This document shows, piece by piece, positions 1 to 8,824 of a stretch of 58,669 nucleotides of DNA (the stretch's first letter is position 1; each line of letters starts with the position of its first letter). The translations under genes were made by a program, and so were the position numbers. Source of the stretch: a virus. The notes beneath the pieces are model-generated. The model saw only the letters and a list, made by a program, of their open reading frames with translations. It was not told where the DNA came from and searched no databases. The stretch covers positions 1-58,669 of the IMG/VR virus record IMGVR_UViG_3300005613_000075; one strand, given 5' to 3'.

Positions 1-123
1 GATGGCAAGTTCTGGGCCAAGACCTCAAAAGACCCGATGTGGGCTAGGATTATTCTACGCTCTGCTGACAGTGAGGGTGGGCTAGAGGCGGCTACTGCAA
101 AGGGGGCATGGTTGGATGAAGCA
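1..123. repeat. Terminal direct repeat, exact copy of 58547..58669 (circular-assembly overlap or terminal redundancy)
   Basis: Bases 1-123 are letter-for-letter identical to the last 123 bases; one ORF reads continuously through the junction. Confidence 0.95.
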
Positions 124-1047
124 GGCCAGACCGGTTTTGATCTGTCAGCCTGGAACGCCATCAGACGGCGGTTAGCGCTTCATGAGGGCAGGGCACTTAT
201 TACGAGCACTCTGTATGATCTTGGCTGGCTTAAACAGAAGATGATCGACCCTCTGACCGGAGTCACTCCTACCCATCACATCGTCGATGACCGCGGCGCG
301 GAGATGACCCTCCGGGAGAACGATGACATCGCTCTGATCCAGTTCGACTCTATCGCCAACCCCTCGTATCCTCTGGCTGAGTTTGAGGAGGCGCGGGCCA
401 CCATGCCTCCTGACGAGTTTGCTATGTTCTGGCGGGGCTTGGCGACAAAGCTGCGGTCTATGATCTTCGACTGCTTCGACCGGGGCCTGAATGTGGTGGA
501 GCACTTCGAGATACCGTACAATTGGGTGGCGGCGGTAGGGATTGACCCGGTTGGTACTCATATCGCGGCGGTGTGGGGAGCCTTGTCGCCGGTAGACAAC
601 AAGTTCCATATTTACCGCGAATATCTGGAACCCTTCGGGAAGACTACCGCCGGCCATGCCCAGGCTATCAAAGACCTGTCTCATGAGCGGGTAGTGCGTT
701 GGATTGTGGGACAGCCGGCCGAGCGACAGGCGCGGTTGGACTGGCAAGCAGCGGGGATACCGGCAGAATCTCCGCCCTTCGCTGATTTGTGGGTGGGGAT
801 CAATCGAGTATACTCCATGTTGAAGTCCGGGGATATGGTGATCCACGATAACTGCGAGGGACTGCTATCAGAGATTGGCAGTTATCAGCGGGAGAAGGAC
901 AAGCGCACTGGCGAGTTGACAGACCGGATTGTGGCCAAGGAGACTTGGCATGAGCTGGACGCACTCAGATACCTCGTCGCGGATGTAACAGAACCGTACG
1001 CTAGAGAAGAAGTGGTCTACGTGCCTAACAGGTTCGTGCCATTTTGA
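1..1047 (+). CDS. terL: Terminase large subunit, C-terminal portion (continues from 58169..58669 across the junction)
   Basis: In frame with the ORF that is open at the window end. Walker B-like WLDEAGQ at 109-129. Nuclease-domain-sized C-terminus. Sits after terS and before portal. Confidence 0.85.
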   Translation, partial: DGKFWAKTSKDPMWARIILRSADSEGGLEAATAKGAWLDEAGQTGFDLSAWNAIRRRLALHEGRALITSTLYDLGWLKQKMIDPLTGVTPTHHIVDDRGAEMTLRENDDIALIQFDSIANPSYPLAEFEEARATMPPDEFAMFWRGLATKLRSMIFDCFDRGLNVVEHFEIPYNWVAAVGIDPVGTHIAAVWGALSPVDNKFHIYREYLEPFGKTTAGHAQAIKDLSHERVVRWIVGQPAERQARLDWQAAGIPAESPPFADLWVGINRVYSMLKSGDMVIHDNCEGLLSEIGSYQREKDKRTGELTDRIVAKETWHELDALRYLVADVTEPYAREEVVYVPNRFVPF

Positions 1048-1059
1048 GGGGGGGCAACC

Positions 1060-1443
1060 ATGAAGAAGTGTCGAATTGCTAAGATAGATAAAATCGAGAA
1101 TGGATTGCTATTCGGAAAGGTGGTGGATTGTTCTGTGAAAGAAATACGACGTATGAGCATGAAAGAGTATTTGCAAGAGGGATTTGCCAAAATCATAGCA
1201 GGGTTCGACTCCGACTTTCCATGCGTCGGATATGCAGATATCCGACATGTTAGCAATCTCAAGGATATTGATTACCATGAAGTCAATTGGACTTGTGAAT
1301 GTGGCAATGATTTTGTTATTACCGACAGAAAATATAGCACTTGTCCAAATTGTGGCAGAGTATATAAATTGCAAATGACCTTGATACGTAGGATAGACGG
1401 GGTTGATATGGTGACTGTGTCAAATACGGCAGAAATGGAGTAG
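1060..1443 (+). CDS. Hypothetical small protein with zinc-ribbon-like CxC...CPNCG motif (low-GC island)
   Basis: ORF starts 13 nt after terL stop, GGGGG SD-like upstream; CECGNDF...CPNCG cysteine pairs; visibly AT-richer than flanks. Confidence 0.6.
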   Translation: MKKCRIAKIDKIENGLLFGKVVDCSVKEIRRMSMKEYLQEGFAKIIAGFDSDFPCVGYADIRHVSNLKDIDYHEVNWTCECGNDFVITDRKYSTCPNCGRVYKLQMTLIRRIDGVDMVTVSNTAEME

Positions 1444-1447
1444 TAAC

Positions 1448-1705
1448 ATGAAAAAGCCTAATGCAGAAGAAAGAGAATTGATTGAACATATACTGTTCGA
1501 GGATTGGGAATATGATGTCGTTACTACCAATGACATCCTTGAGCATCACCAGCAACGATGTGTTTTGCAACGACTACTTGCTGAAGGGGCAAAAAAACAT
1601 CTTGCCTATCTTGACAATTGTGCAAAAGTCTGGAAGAGACGCAAGCCCGCCAATCAAGGCAAGGGGCAAGTCTCTGGAACAGAGATGATAAAATATACAG
1701 GGTAA
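1448..1705 (+). CDS. Hypothetical protein (low-GC island)
   Basis: Tightly packed co-oriented ORF, 85 aa. Confidence 0.55.
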   Translation: MKKPNAEERELIEHILFEDWEYDVVTTNDILEHHQQRCVLQRLLAEGAKKHLAYLDNCAKVWKRRKPANQGKGQVSGTEMIKYTG

Positions 1706-1732
1706 CATAGTCGGGGGGCGGGGAGATGAAAC

Positions 1733-3535
1733 ATGCCAAGTATTAGACAGCGAGTAGCGGATGCCCTGTTGGGCCATGAGAGACAGAGGCTATTGGAGTC
1801 TATCGACATCCTGGAGGACGCCTATTTCCAGGGCAAATACGCGTTCCCTCCTGACCGGCTAGCGCAGGGTCTGGAGGAGTCAGCCTCTTCCTACATGATT
1901 GACTTCGTCACCCGTCTCCAGACGGACTACGAACCGATAGCCGGCTTTGGGGAGAAGACGGAATCGGAACGACTGTACGTGGTGCAAGAATCGCGCCGGC
2001 TATGGAGGCGTGATGTTGTAACTCAGTGGGCTGTCTGGCTGTGGACAAACTACGGCTTCGGGGAGAAAATTGTCATTGTCCCCAAGGACCCGGAGGCTGA
2101 AGAGATTTGGAAAGCCTTCTGGACAGCGGACGAAAACAGCATAGTCCTGGCGGCTGATGGTCTGCAACAACTATCCTATGATGTTCTGGTAGATGGGGAA
2201 TTGTTCCTGGCTTTCTTTATCTCCACCGTAGACGGGACGTGCCAGGTCAGGGTCATCAAGTCTGACCAGATCAAAAAGGTGGTAACCGACCCTGAAGATG
2301 AAAACGTCCCTCTCTATTACAAGCGAGAATGGTCGGATGAAGATGGTTCGGTCAAACCACTGTACTATGCTGACTGGCAAGCTCTAAGGAACGGTTGGAC
2401 CGCCAGGGCTAAGTTAGAAGGTGATGTGGGACGGGCTGAGGACATGAAAAGCAGTACCACCGTCTGTGTGTTGCACATCGCGCACAACAGAAAGGCCGGT
2501 CTGCGCGGTTGGCCTATCTTCTGCGCCGGAGTGCCCTGGACGAAGGCGCATACCCGCTTCCGGGAAGATCGTTCGACAGTAGCCGCGACGGTGGCGATGT
2601 TCGTGAACAAACTGAAGGTCAAAGGCGGTTCCCGTCCGATAGACAATCTAAGAGCCAGACTAGAATCCACCTGGACTTCGGGCAATCCGGAGACTAACCC
2701 CGCGGCCGCGGCAGGGTCGATGTGGCTGGAGAATCAGGCCGGTGAATTGGAACGGATGCCACTGATGACAGGAGCGAGTGACGCCAAGATCGACGGAGAA
2801 TCGCTCTTGCAGATGGCCGCGTTGGGCGCGGGGGTATATCCGCACTACATGGGCTCGGGTGACGCCTACCGGCTAGCTACCGCCACGAGCATGGAAGGTC
2901 CGGTCCTCCGTCAATGGTCGCGTTACCAAACCTTCTGGGCCGCGCAATTCCGAAGGATGGTCCGGATCGTGCTGTGGGCCGCGGCGACTTATTCCCAAGC
3001 GAACGAACTCCAGACCGGAGCGCCTGACAAATTCGTCGACGTAGAGGTCACCGTCTCTACTGACAAGTTGGTAGAAGTGGACTTGGAGGTCATCAGCCAG
3101 GCCATGTCAGCCATGCTGCGAGACGGGCTGTTGCCCTATGTGCAGATGGGCATGATCGACACCGAAATGGCGCAGGGTATCCTGTCTTCCGTGTGGCGGA
3201 TGGTACTGGAGGCCCTGGGTATATCTGATGTGGTGGATATTATACCCGCTGAGGTCGAGTCGGGAGAATCTATTCAACAGTCGCCGACGGTGGGTGAACT
3301 ACGGGCAGCTAATTCCTTGATCGGGGTAATGAAAGGGTGGGATGCCAGAATGGAAGTATTGGAAGCGGAACTGCGCGAGGCGCACGTCGCCCCGGAAGAG
3401 GTCAATATCGTTTGTCCCTTCCCTGACTGTGAGGGCCAGATCGCCTATCGCTATCCGGGTCATCCATCGAACTTGTTGGTGTGTGCTGAGTGTGAGAGAA
3501 CGTTCAATAGTGACTTGGAGCAGAGAGGGGGCTGA
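1733..3535 (+). CDS. Portal protein (putative) with C-terminal Cys4 zinc-ribbon tail
   Basis: 600-aa ORF downstream of terminase (separated by two small low-GC ORFs) and upstream of the MuF-like protein. GGGGAG SD. C-terminus has CPFPDC...CAEC. Confidence 0.7.
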   Translation: MPSIRQRVADALLGHERQRLLESIDILEDAYFQGKYAFPPDRLAQGLEESASSYMIDFVTRLQTDYEPIAGFGEKTESERLYVVQESRRLWRRDVVTQWAVWLWTNYGFGEKIVIVPKDPEAEEIWKAFWTADENSIVLAADGLQQLSYDVLVDGELFLAFFISTVDGTCQVRVIKSDQIKKVVTDPEDENVPLYYKREWSDEDGSVKPLYYADWQALRNGWTARAKLEGDVGRAEDMKSSTTVCVLHIAHNRKAGLRGWPIFCAGVPWTKAHTRFREDRSTVAATVAMFVNKLKVKGGSRPIDNLRARLESTWTSGNPETNPAAAAGSMWLENQAGELERMPLMTGASDAKIDGESLLQMAALGAGVYPHYMGSGDAYRLATATSMEGPVLRQWSRYQTFWAAQFRRMVRIVLWAAATYSQANELQTGAPDKFVDVEVTVSTDKLVEVDLEVISQAMSAMLRDGLLPYVQMGMIDTEMAQGILSSVWRMVLEALGISDVVDIIPAEVESGESIQQSPTVGELRAANSLIGVMKGWDARMEVLEAELREAHVAPEEVNIVCPFPDCEGQIAYRYPGHPSNLLVCAECERTFNSDLEQRGG

Positions 3536-3536
3536 C

Positions 3537-3824
3537 ATGAAAATTAAGGGATTCGCGAGACGTAAAGAGGAGTTTGAATATTGCTTTGAGGTGTTGGTAC
3601 ATGAACTTGTTTCAATTCCAAATAATGCAGAGGTGACTATCGAGTGGGAAGAACCCAGCCCAGTGCATGAATGTAGTGCACAACCGGAATGGGTGAAAAT
3701 AATACACAATGGTCATCAATGGAATGTTTGGCTTAATACCCTCAACATCAGGCAGCGTCGGGAAAGTTTAATGGCTGTCTCATATTGTCCCTACTGCGGG
3801 GAGAAATTGAGCGGAACCGGATAG
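3537..3824 (+). CDS. Hypothetical protein, C-terminal CPYCG zinc-ribbon half-site (low-GC island)
   Basis: ATG at 3537 overlaps the portal stop region; in-frame part of tracked ORF 3342..3824. Confidence 0.55.
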   Translation: MKIKGFARRKEEFEYCFEVLVHELVSIPNNAEVTIEWEEPSPVHECSAQPEWVKIIHNGHQWNVWLNTLNIRQRRESLMAVSYCPYCGEKLSGTG

Positions 3825-3845
3825 GGAATAGCTATAGGGAGGGAC

Positions 3846-4118
3846 ATGTTGAGCATAATTAAATTGTGGCAATCATTGAGTTGGGGTCTTGGTTGTGCCT
3901 TGGCACATGATAGACGTATTAGGCCCAGCATGGAACAACTTCATGCGTTAACTATGTTTACTCCGCCAGAGCAAGAAGCTATCAAACGAACGGCCTTAGA
4001 GACGCCTGTAAGCACGACAGATGTAGCATGGATTATACGACATAGGCATCCAATGTGGTCGGGTGAGGTTGGTCGAATATATGAGAAACACTTATCGGAA
4101 TATTGTGAACCGGAGTAG
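3846..4118 (+). CDS. Hypothetical protein
   Basis: GGGAGGG SD 5 nt upstream of ATG; 90 aa. Confidence 0.55.
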   Translation: MLSIIKLWQSLSWGLGCALAHDRRIRPSMEQLHALTMFTPPEQEAIKRTALETPVSTTDVAWIIRHRHPMWSGEVGRIYEKHLSEYCEPE

Positions 4119-4155
4119 CCATGCCCGTTCCACATAAGACCCGCCAGGGGATAAT

Positions 4156-4359
4156 ATGAGGACTGTGAGATGTGAGAGATGTCATAAGAAACTAACTGAC
4201 TATTCTGTACACAATGATTACATCTTGCCTGACTGTATGGCCTCAATGAGAGTGTGCAAGGAATGTAGTGACGAATGGGATGCTATGCTTACAGCTTATC
4301 TTGAAAGAAGCGAAATTATGCGGGCATCTGTGATTTTACAGGAGGGGGACAATGAATGA
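4156..4359 (+). CDS. Hypothetical Cys-rich small protein
   Basis: CERCHKK...CKEC cysteine pairs; 67 aa; co-oriented. Confidence 0.5.
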   Translation: MRTVRCERCHKKLTDYSVHNDYILPDCMASMRVCKECSDEWDAMLTAYLERSEIMRASVILQEGDNE

Positions 4360-4648
4360 CAGTGACAAAGAGGCGCTATCCGGCTTCTTGGGCGACATTA
4401 TCAGCGATGCAGAACAAAAGAAATCGGATAGAGAGAAAGAGATAGAACAGCTCAAACAAGATGTGCGAGAATTATTGATTGGGAAGACTATTACCGCGAT
4501 CAATTTTCACGAGCACGGTTATATGTTGAGCATCGAGACTGAAGATGCAGAGATCAGGCCTACCAGTGAGACTGCCGACGACCCTGACTACAATGATTTT
4601 TACTGGCTAGAGATTTGGACAGAGACTGATGACTCGGAGCAAGAGTAG
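4352..4648 (+). CDS. Hypothetical acidic protein
   Basis: GGAGGGGGA SD; overlaps the previous stop by 8 nt (translational coupling). Confidence 0.55.
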   Translation: MNDSDKEALSGFLGDIISDAEQKKSDREKEIEQLKQDVRELLIGKTITAINFHEHGYMLSIETEDAEIRPTSETADDPDYNDFYWLEIWTETDDSEQE

Positions 4649-4662
4649 AGAGGGGCTGACAA

Positions 4663-4845
4663 GTGTTATACCAGATGGTAATTACTATGTGGGGAGGCAT
4701 AGCGATGTTCGCTGGGCTATGTCTTGCCGCGACAGGGGTACTATACTGGCAGCAACAGGATTCTAATATCATAAAGGCGTGGGGGATGATGGGTATGGCT
4801 GTACTATTCATAATAACCGGCGTCTTGATAATGCAGTGTAAATAG
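4663..4845 (+). CDS. Small membrane protein (two predicted TM helices)
   Basis: Two hydrophobic stretches (ITMWGGIAMFAGLCLAATGVLY and MMGMAVLFIITGVLIM); GTG start with GAGAGGGG SD. Confidence 0.45.
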   Translation: MLYQMVITMWGGIAMFAGLCLAATGVLYWQQQDSNIIKAWGMMGMAVLFIITGVLIMQCK

Positions 4846-4854
4846 GGAAGGTGT

Positions 4855-6516
4855 ATGCCAGTACCGCATAAGACTCGCCAGGACGCCAAAGACCAGGAGG
4901 AACGCCAGGTTATCGATGCCGAAACCCTGCGTGACTTCGCGGCATTTCAGGATCGCCTGCTCAGACGTAGCATTGAGCGGTTGCTGGCTATTCCCGACGA
5001 AGAATGGCAAGCGGCAGTAGATGCCGACTTGGAACGGGAGCAGACCGAGGCCGACTTCTCGGAACAATTAACACCATGGGGACAGTTGGTCGCTCATGGT
5101 AGTGATGTAATGAAATTGGCGCATGGGGCGGCTATGCAAGATGAGACCACAGAGCAAATGACACGGGGAGAATTAACAGCGTATCGGGCGCGGGCTTACG
5201 AGAAGGAATTAGCGACGCAGGCCCAGCGGGTTGGCTGTGATCAGTACAGCGCCCCGCTCCGTATCGGTCCGGAATGGGTAGAACTGGACAAGAAGAGCAT
5301 CGACGACGCCCGTAGTATCACCAACACCTACAACCGCGACCTGGCCAGGGAGATCAACAAGATTCGGAAAGACGTACCCACTGCCAACCGCAACACCTAC
5401 GCCAAGCGAATCGAAGGCTGGAGCAAGTCTCGGAAGGATTGGAAAGATAAGCAGATCATTCAGTATACCAACAACTCAGCCCGGAACCAGGCTCAGCGCG
5501 ACTTCTATCGTAACAATGGGATCACAGAGGGAACAGCGGTGCTGAGGCCGCGGACAGCGGTATGCCCGATTTGTAACGGGTGGATAAATAGAGGAGAAGT
5601 ACCGTTGAATGTTGCTTTAGCGAATCCGGCAAATTTCCATCCCAATTGCCCACATTACTGGGACGTGTACCCTCCCAAGCTCGCCCCTGACGACTGTGGC
5701 AACTTGTGGAGGCCCGGTATACCACCAGGCCGCGGTAGTATGCCGAGTGTGCCGGAGCCAGAGCCTATAGTAGCGGAACCGGTCTATGAACCAACTACTG
5801 CGGATGACTTTACCAAACGAGCAGCTCGTGAGATTGCCGAAGAAGCAATGGAACGTTACCACGATGAGTATGGTATAAGTGTGGCAGATTGGGAGAATAA
5901 AGCGTTAAAGCAAACAGATGAATTGCTACAGGGCGATATTTCAATTAGACGCAAGATGCGGGGAAGCATTAGTGTATTAGAGGACGGGAGATTCAAGACG
6001 CAGTTTGAAAGCGGGCGCTCCGGTGGTATGTTTGATATTGAGGCGAGAAAAAGAGCCGAAAAAATGGGCATGGGTATTCCGAGAGACATTGATCCGAGAC
6101 AGAGACCTGTATATGGTGTGGTTTCCAATCCGCCCGGAACAGTGGCAGCGGTGGAACATACGTATGGTCCTGTTGAGTTCAAGCTAAAACCATCTGTAAG
6201 ACGCCGGACAACTTATACTGTTGGCGATAGCTTTGGCGGAATGTCTTCGGGGGAGCAAGCAGGTGTGCTTGTCAATGACGGAGCCCAAATGGAGGCAATC
6301 GCACACTGGGCTCCAGAGTTGGCGACTGGTGAGATAAACGTCATACCGTATATCGAGGCCCAGATTCAGGGTGGCGTGACGCTTGACGATGTTGCTGAGA
6401 TTGTTTTGCATAAGGCGGGCGTAATAGCTAAACTCACAGATGCCGACATAACCGCTTTGGAGCAGCTTGCGAAATCGAAGGGCATCAAGACACGGATGGT
6501 AATAGATACCTTTTAA
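4855..6516 (+). CDS. MuF/SPP1-gp7-like minor head (head morphogenesis) protein with ~230-aa C-terminal extension of unknown function
   Basis: Lies downstream of portal. CPICNGW...FHPNCPHYW resembles the C-terminal HxNCxC signature of the Phage_Mu_F domain. A Pro-rich linker is followed by an extra domain. Confidence 0.6.
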   Translation: MPVPHKTRQDAKDQEERQVIDAETLRDFAAFQDRLLRRSIERLLAIPDEEWQAAVDADLEREQTEADFSEQLTPWGQLVAHGSDVMKLAHGAAMQDETTEQMTRGELTAYRARAYEKELATQAQRVGCDQYSAPLRIGPEWVELDKKSIDDARSITNTYNRDLAREINKIRKDVPTANRNTYAKRIEGWSKSRKDWKDKQIIQYTNNSARNQAQRDFYRNNGITEGTAVLRPRTAVCPICNGWINRGEVPLNVALANPANFHPNCPHYWDVYPPKLAPDDCGNLWRPGIPPGRGSMPSVPEPEPIVAEPVYEPTTADDFTKRAAREIAEEAMERYHDEYGISVADWENKALKQTDELLQGDISIRRKMRGSISVLEDGRFKTQFESGRSGGMFDIEARKRAEKMGMGIPRDIDPRQRPVYGVVSNPPGTVAAVEHTYGPVEFKLKPSVRRRTTYTVGDSFGGMSSGEQAGVLVNDGAQMEAIAHWAPELATGEINVIPYIEAQIQGGVTLDDVAEIVLHKAGVIAKLTDADITALEQLAKSKGIKTRMVIDTF

Positions 6517-6527
6517 TAGGGGGACAG

Positions 6528-6755
6528 ATGGAATTGAAATTGAAACGTCCTATGGTTGTGGGAAAAGAAGGCAATTCCTTCTTGTTGGCGGAGAGTGACG
6601 ACATTGCCCGTGGCGAGAAGAACGGACTGGCTCAAGTCCACGACCTTGACACCGGCGAATATACGGATACTCAGCCTTTGCAAGTCTGGTTCAAATGGGC
6701 TAACTGGGAAGATGCCACAGAGGAAGAATATCAAGCCGCCAGGAACAATACTTAG
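6528..6755 (+). CDS. Hypothetical protein
   Basis: GGGGGA SD; 75 aa. Confidence 0.55.
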   Translation: MELKLKRPMVVGKEGNSFLLAESDDIARGEKNGLAQVHDLDTGEYTDTQPLQVWFKWANWEDATEEEYQAARNNT

Positions 6756-6768
6756 TGGATCGCTTCAC

Positions 6769-7014
6769 ATGGAGGCCATGAGAATGAGTAACGACAGACA
6801 GCGGCGCGTGAACGACTTCGTGCAGGCATTTCATCGGCTGGACGCTTTAGTTGCTGATAATCTGAATCTGGATTTGACAGTAGAGGAGATGCAGCAGATC
6901 AAAGAACGCATCGTATATCTGTGGGTCATTGAGAAGTTGACTGGTCCGTATAACCGGGCGGTGTTCGATGCTGTGTTATCGCAACCAGGATTTGGCGGAT
7001 CCTCGGAAGCCTGA
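6769..7014 (+). CDS. Hypothetical protein
   Basis: Internal ATG of tracked ORF 6556..7014, chosen because the upstream part overlaps the previous gene. Confidence 0.45.
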   Translation: MEAMRMSNDRQRRVNDFVQAFHRLDALVADNLNLDLTVEEMQQIKERIVYLWVIEKLTGPYNRAVFDAVLSQPGFGGSSEA

Positions 7015-7032
7015 CTGAGGTGCTATCCGGTT

Positions 7033-7245
7033 ATGGCAGACACAGAAGAGGCCGCTCCCCTGTTCGTGCCGGTACTAGAGGAGGGCTTTATCTTCCTGGG
7101 GGGAATCAAGATCGCCCGCTGGGTTCCAGATAGGGGCACGCTGGCGTTCCACGACAAGGATACCCGAAGGGCTAATAGACGTAGAGCAGAATGTGTGGAA
7201 GTGAAGGTGCTGCAATTGGTGGACTTCTTGGAGACGTTGTGTTGA
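7033..7245 (+). CDS. Hypothetical protein
   Basis: 70-aa co-oriented ORF. Confidence 0.45.
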   Translation: MADTEEAAPLFVPVLEEGFIFLGGIKIARWVPDRGTLAFHDKDTRRANRRRAECVEVKVLQLVDFLETLC

Positions 7246-7250
7246 TGTAT

Positions 7251-7279
7251 TTGCCAGTAGGAGACGACTATGGTATAAT
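7251..7279 (+). promoter_or_regulatory. Sigma70-like promoter TTGCCA-17-TATAAT
   Basis: -35 at 7251-7256, -10 at 7274-7279, exact 17-nt spacer; drives the HNH gene at 7380. Confidence 0.6.
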
Positions 7280-7379
7280 TAGGCAGTGTAGCCCCACCTA
7301 GCCTTGCGCGGGTGAAGAGCGGATTCCCTGTCCGCCTGGTGGGGCATGAATCAGGGATAACATCTGAGGGAGGTGTAAT

Positions 7380-8189
7380 GTGAATAAGAAGAAGCGTAAA
7401 GCCACCATGCGATCCGGTGGCTTTTGTCCTGTAGCAATGGATAATGTTGTATCAACAATTGGTGAACTCAATACTATTGATGGGATGGTATCTTTGCCAC
7501 GAACATTGCGTCAATACACCAGTGTGTTGAGATTGAGTATTATCGAGTTGGTGCTTGTCGAGCTTTATCTAACACAGCGATATAGACGTGGGAACATGGT
7601 ATGGCTGAATATAAGTGAATGGGCGGAGAAGATCGGAATTCATCGTTGTTCATTGGCTCGGGCTAATGCAACGCTAGAAGAAAAACAGTTCATCGTTCCA
7701 GCGGGGATGCGGCAATACGGTATTAGAGAATATGATATTACTGGCTTATTCCAAGCTCTGGCAATTTGCATAGTTTGTGACCCGAACGGGAAGTTTGCAG
7801 AGAAGAACGGGTATCATGTTGATTTAGAACAATCTGAAAAGTGGATGGAATCTATTGGCCTGCATTTCGATTTGGACTTTAGCGTATATGGTGAAGTAGA
7901 TTGCAAGAAACGCAAGTCGCAAAATGGAGCTTGGCAAATTCGCAAAGAAAACGCTGATGGCATGACTACGCAAGAACAACTGCAAGCACGTTGGGATTAT
8001 TATGGGAATCGGTGCTACATTTGCGGTGCACCTGCCGAAGCGACTGACCATGTAATACCACTCAACAAAGGTGGTAGTGATTGGCCTGCTAATCTGAGAC
8101 CCATTTGCAAACATTGCAATTCCAAGAAACGTGATAAGTGGCCTTATGATTTCGAGCAAGCCAAGCGAGATGCACCAACCAAAACTTGA
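7380..8189 (+). CDS. HNH endonuclease with N-terminal HTH-like DNA-binding region (free-standing homing-endonuclease-like gene, low GC)
   Basis: C-terminus CYICG...DHVIPLNKGG...NLRPICKHCNSKK is a canonical HNH motif. It is about 75% nt-identical to the HNH domain of 49326..50159. GGAGG SD before GTG. Confidence 0.85.
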   Translation: MNKKKRKATMRSGGFCPVAMDNVVSTIGELNTIDGMVSLPRTLRQYTSVLRLSIIELVLVELYLTQRYRRGNMVWLNISEWAEKIGIHRCSLARANATLEEKQFIVPAGMRQYGIREYDITGLFQALAICIVCDPNGKFAEKNGYHVDLEQSEKWMESIGLHFDLDFSVYGEVDCKKRKSQNGAWQIRKENADGMTTQEQLQARWDYYGNRCYICGAPAEATDHVIPLNKGGSDWPANLRPICKHCNSKKRDKWPYDFEQAKRDAPTKT

Positions 8190-8214
8190 CAATCCGGTAA
8201 ACTTATGCTATACT
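8186..8214 (+). promoter_or_regulatory. Sigma70-like promoter TTGACA-17-TATACT
   Basis: -35 at 8186-8191 (overlaps the HNH stop codon), -10 at 8209-8214. Confidence 0.6.
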
Positions 8215-8278
8215 GGTACATAATATAATACCGATTCTTATCTGAGAGCTGTGGACAGCCTTTATAGGTGAACAGTCG

Positions 8279-8336
8279 AGAGCCGAGAGGTGCACGAGAC
8301 GATTATTTCGTGTTGCTTCCGGCTCTTTTTGTTTTG
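8279..8336 (+). terminator. Leader intrinsic-terminator-like hairpin plus T-tract
   Basis: AGAGCCG...CCGGCTCT outer stem with inner GCACGAGACGA/TCGTGTTGC stem, followed by TTTTTGTTTTG; lies between the promoter and the 8366 start. Confidence 0.55.
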
Positions 8337-8365
8337 TCCGGGGCCAAAAGGCAGAAGGAGAAGCT

Positions 8366-8824
8366 ATGCCTGCTGAAGTGTTTATCCCGACGTATCTACA
8401 GTTACAAACGGTACGCGCCTCGGCTGCTTTACCCGCGGCGGGGGCCTTCGATCCTACTCCCACTGAGCTATACTGTGTGACATTCAACTTCGTGACCTTC
8501 TACATGAGCTACATCCGCGGTGGTGCAGGGGGCGCCTTTGATTTTACCTTGCAGGTATCGCCCTACAGTGCGGACTTGGCCGGGGTAGAGGACTGGTTCA
8601 CGCAGGGAATCATCGCCGGTGGGGCAGTAGCAGCCAGCGCCGATACTACTTCCCTGACGCAGCGAGAATTTGTCAGCTACGGCGCGGTTGGGGCGGGTAT
8701 GGAGAATTTCGTCTATGGCCCAGTGGAATTGCAGGGTACGGTGGAACGGTTACGGATGCCCTGTGCTGAATCGGGTAATGTCGGTGCACCGGGGACGTTG
8801 CACATCGTGGCGGTGTTCACATGA
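8366..8824 (+). CDS. Hypothetical (probably structural) protein
   Basis: AGGAGAAG SD; 152 aa, Gly/Ala-rich; in the head module. Confidence 0.6.
   Translation: MPAEVFIPTYLQLQTVRASAALPAAGAFDPTPTELYCVTFNFVTFYMSYIRGGAGGAFDFTLQVSPYSADLAGVEDWFTQGIIAGGAVAASADTTSLTQREFVSYGAVGAGMENFVYGPVELQGTVERLRMPCAESGNVGAPGTLHIVAVFT

Noticed and set aside
172-846. Long minus-strand ORFs overlapping plus-strand genes (e.g. 172-846, 11464-12072, 24997-25698, 25843-26424, 35775-36353, 44727-45470, 50665-51225)
   Set aside because: Each lies entirely inside a well-supported plus-strand gene and lacks an SD sequence. Their Arg/Pro/Ser/Gly-rich, low-complexity translations are typical of antisense shadow ORFs in GC-rich coding DNA.
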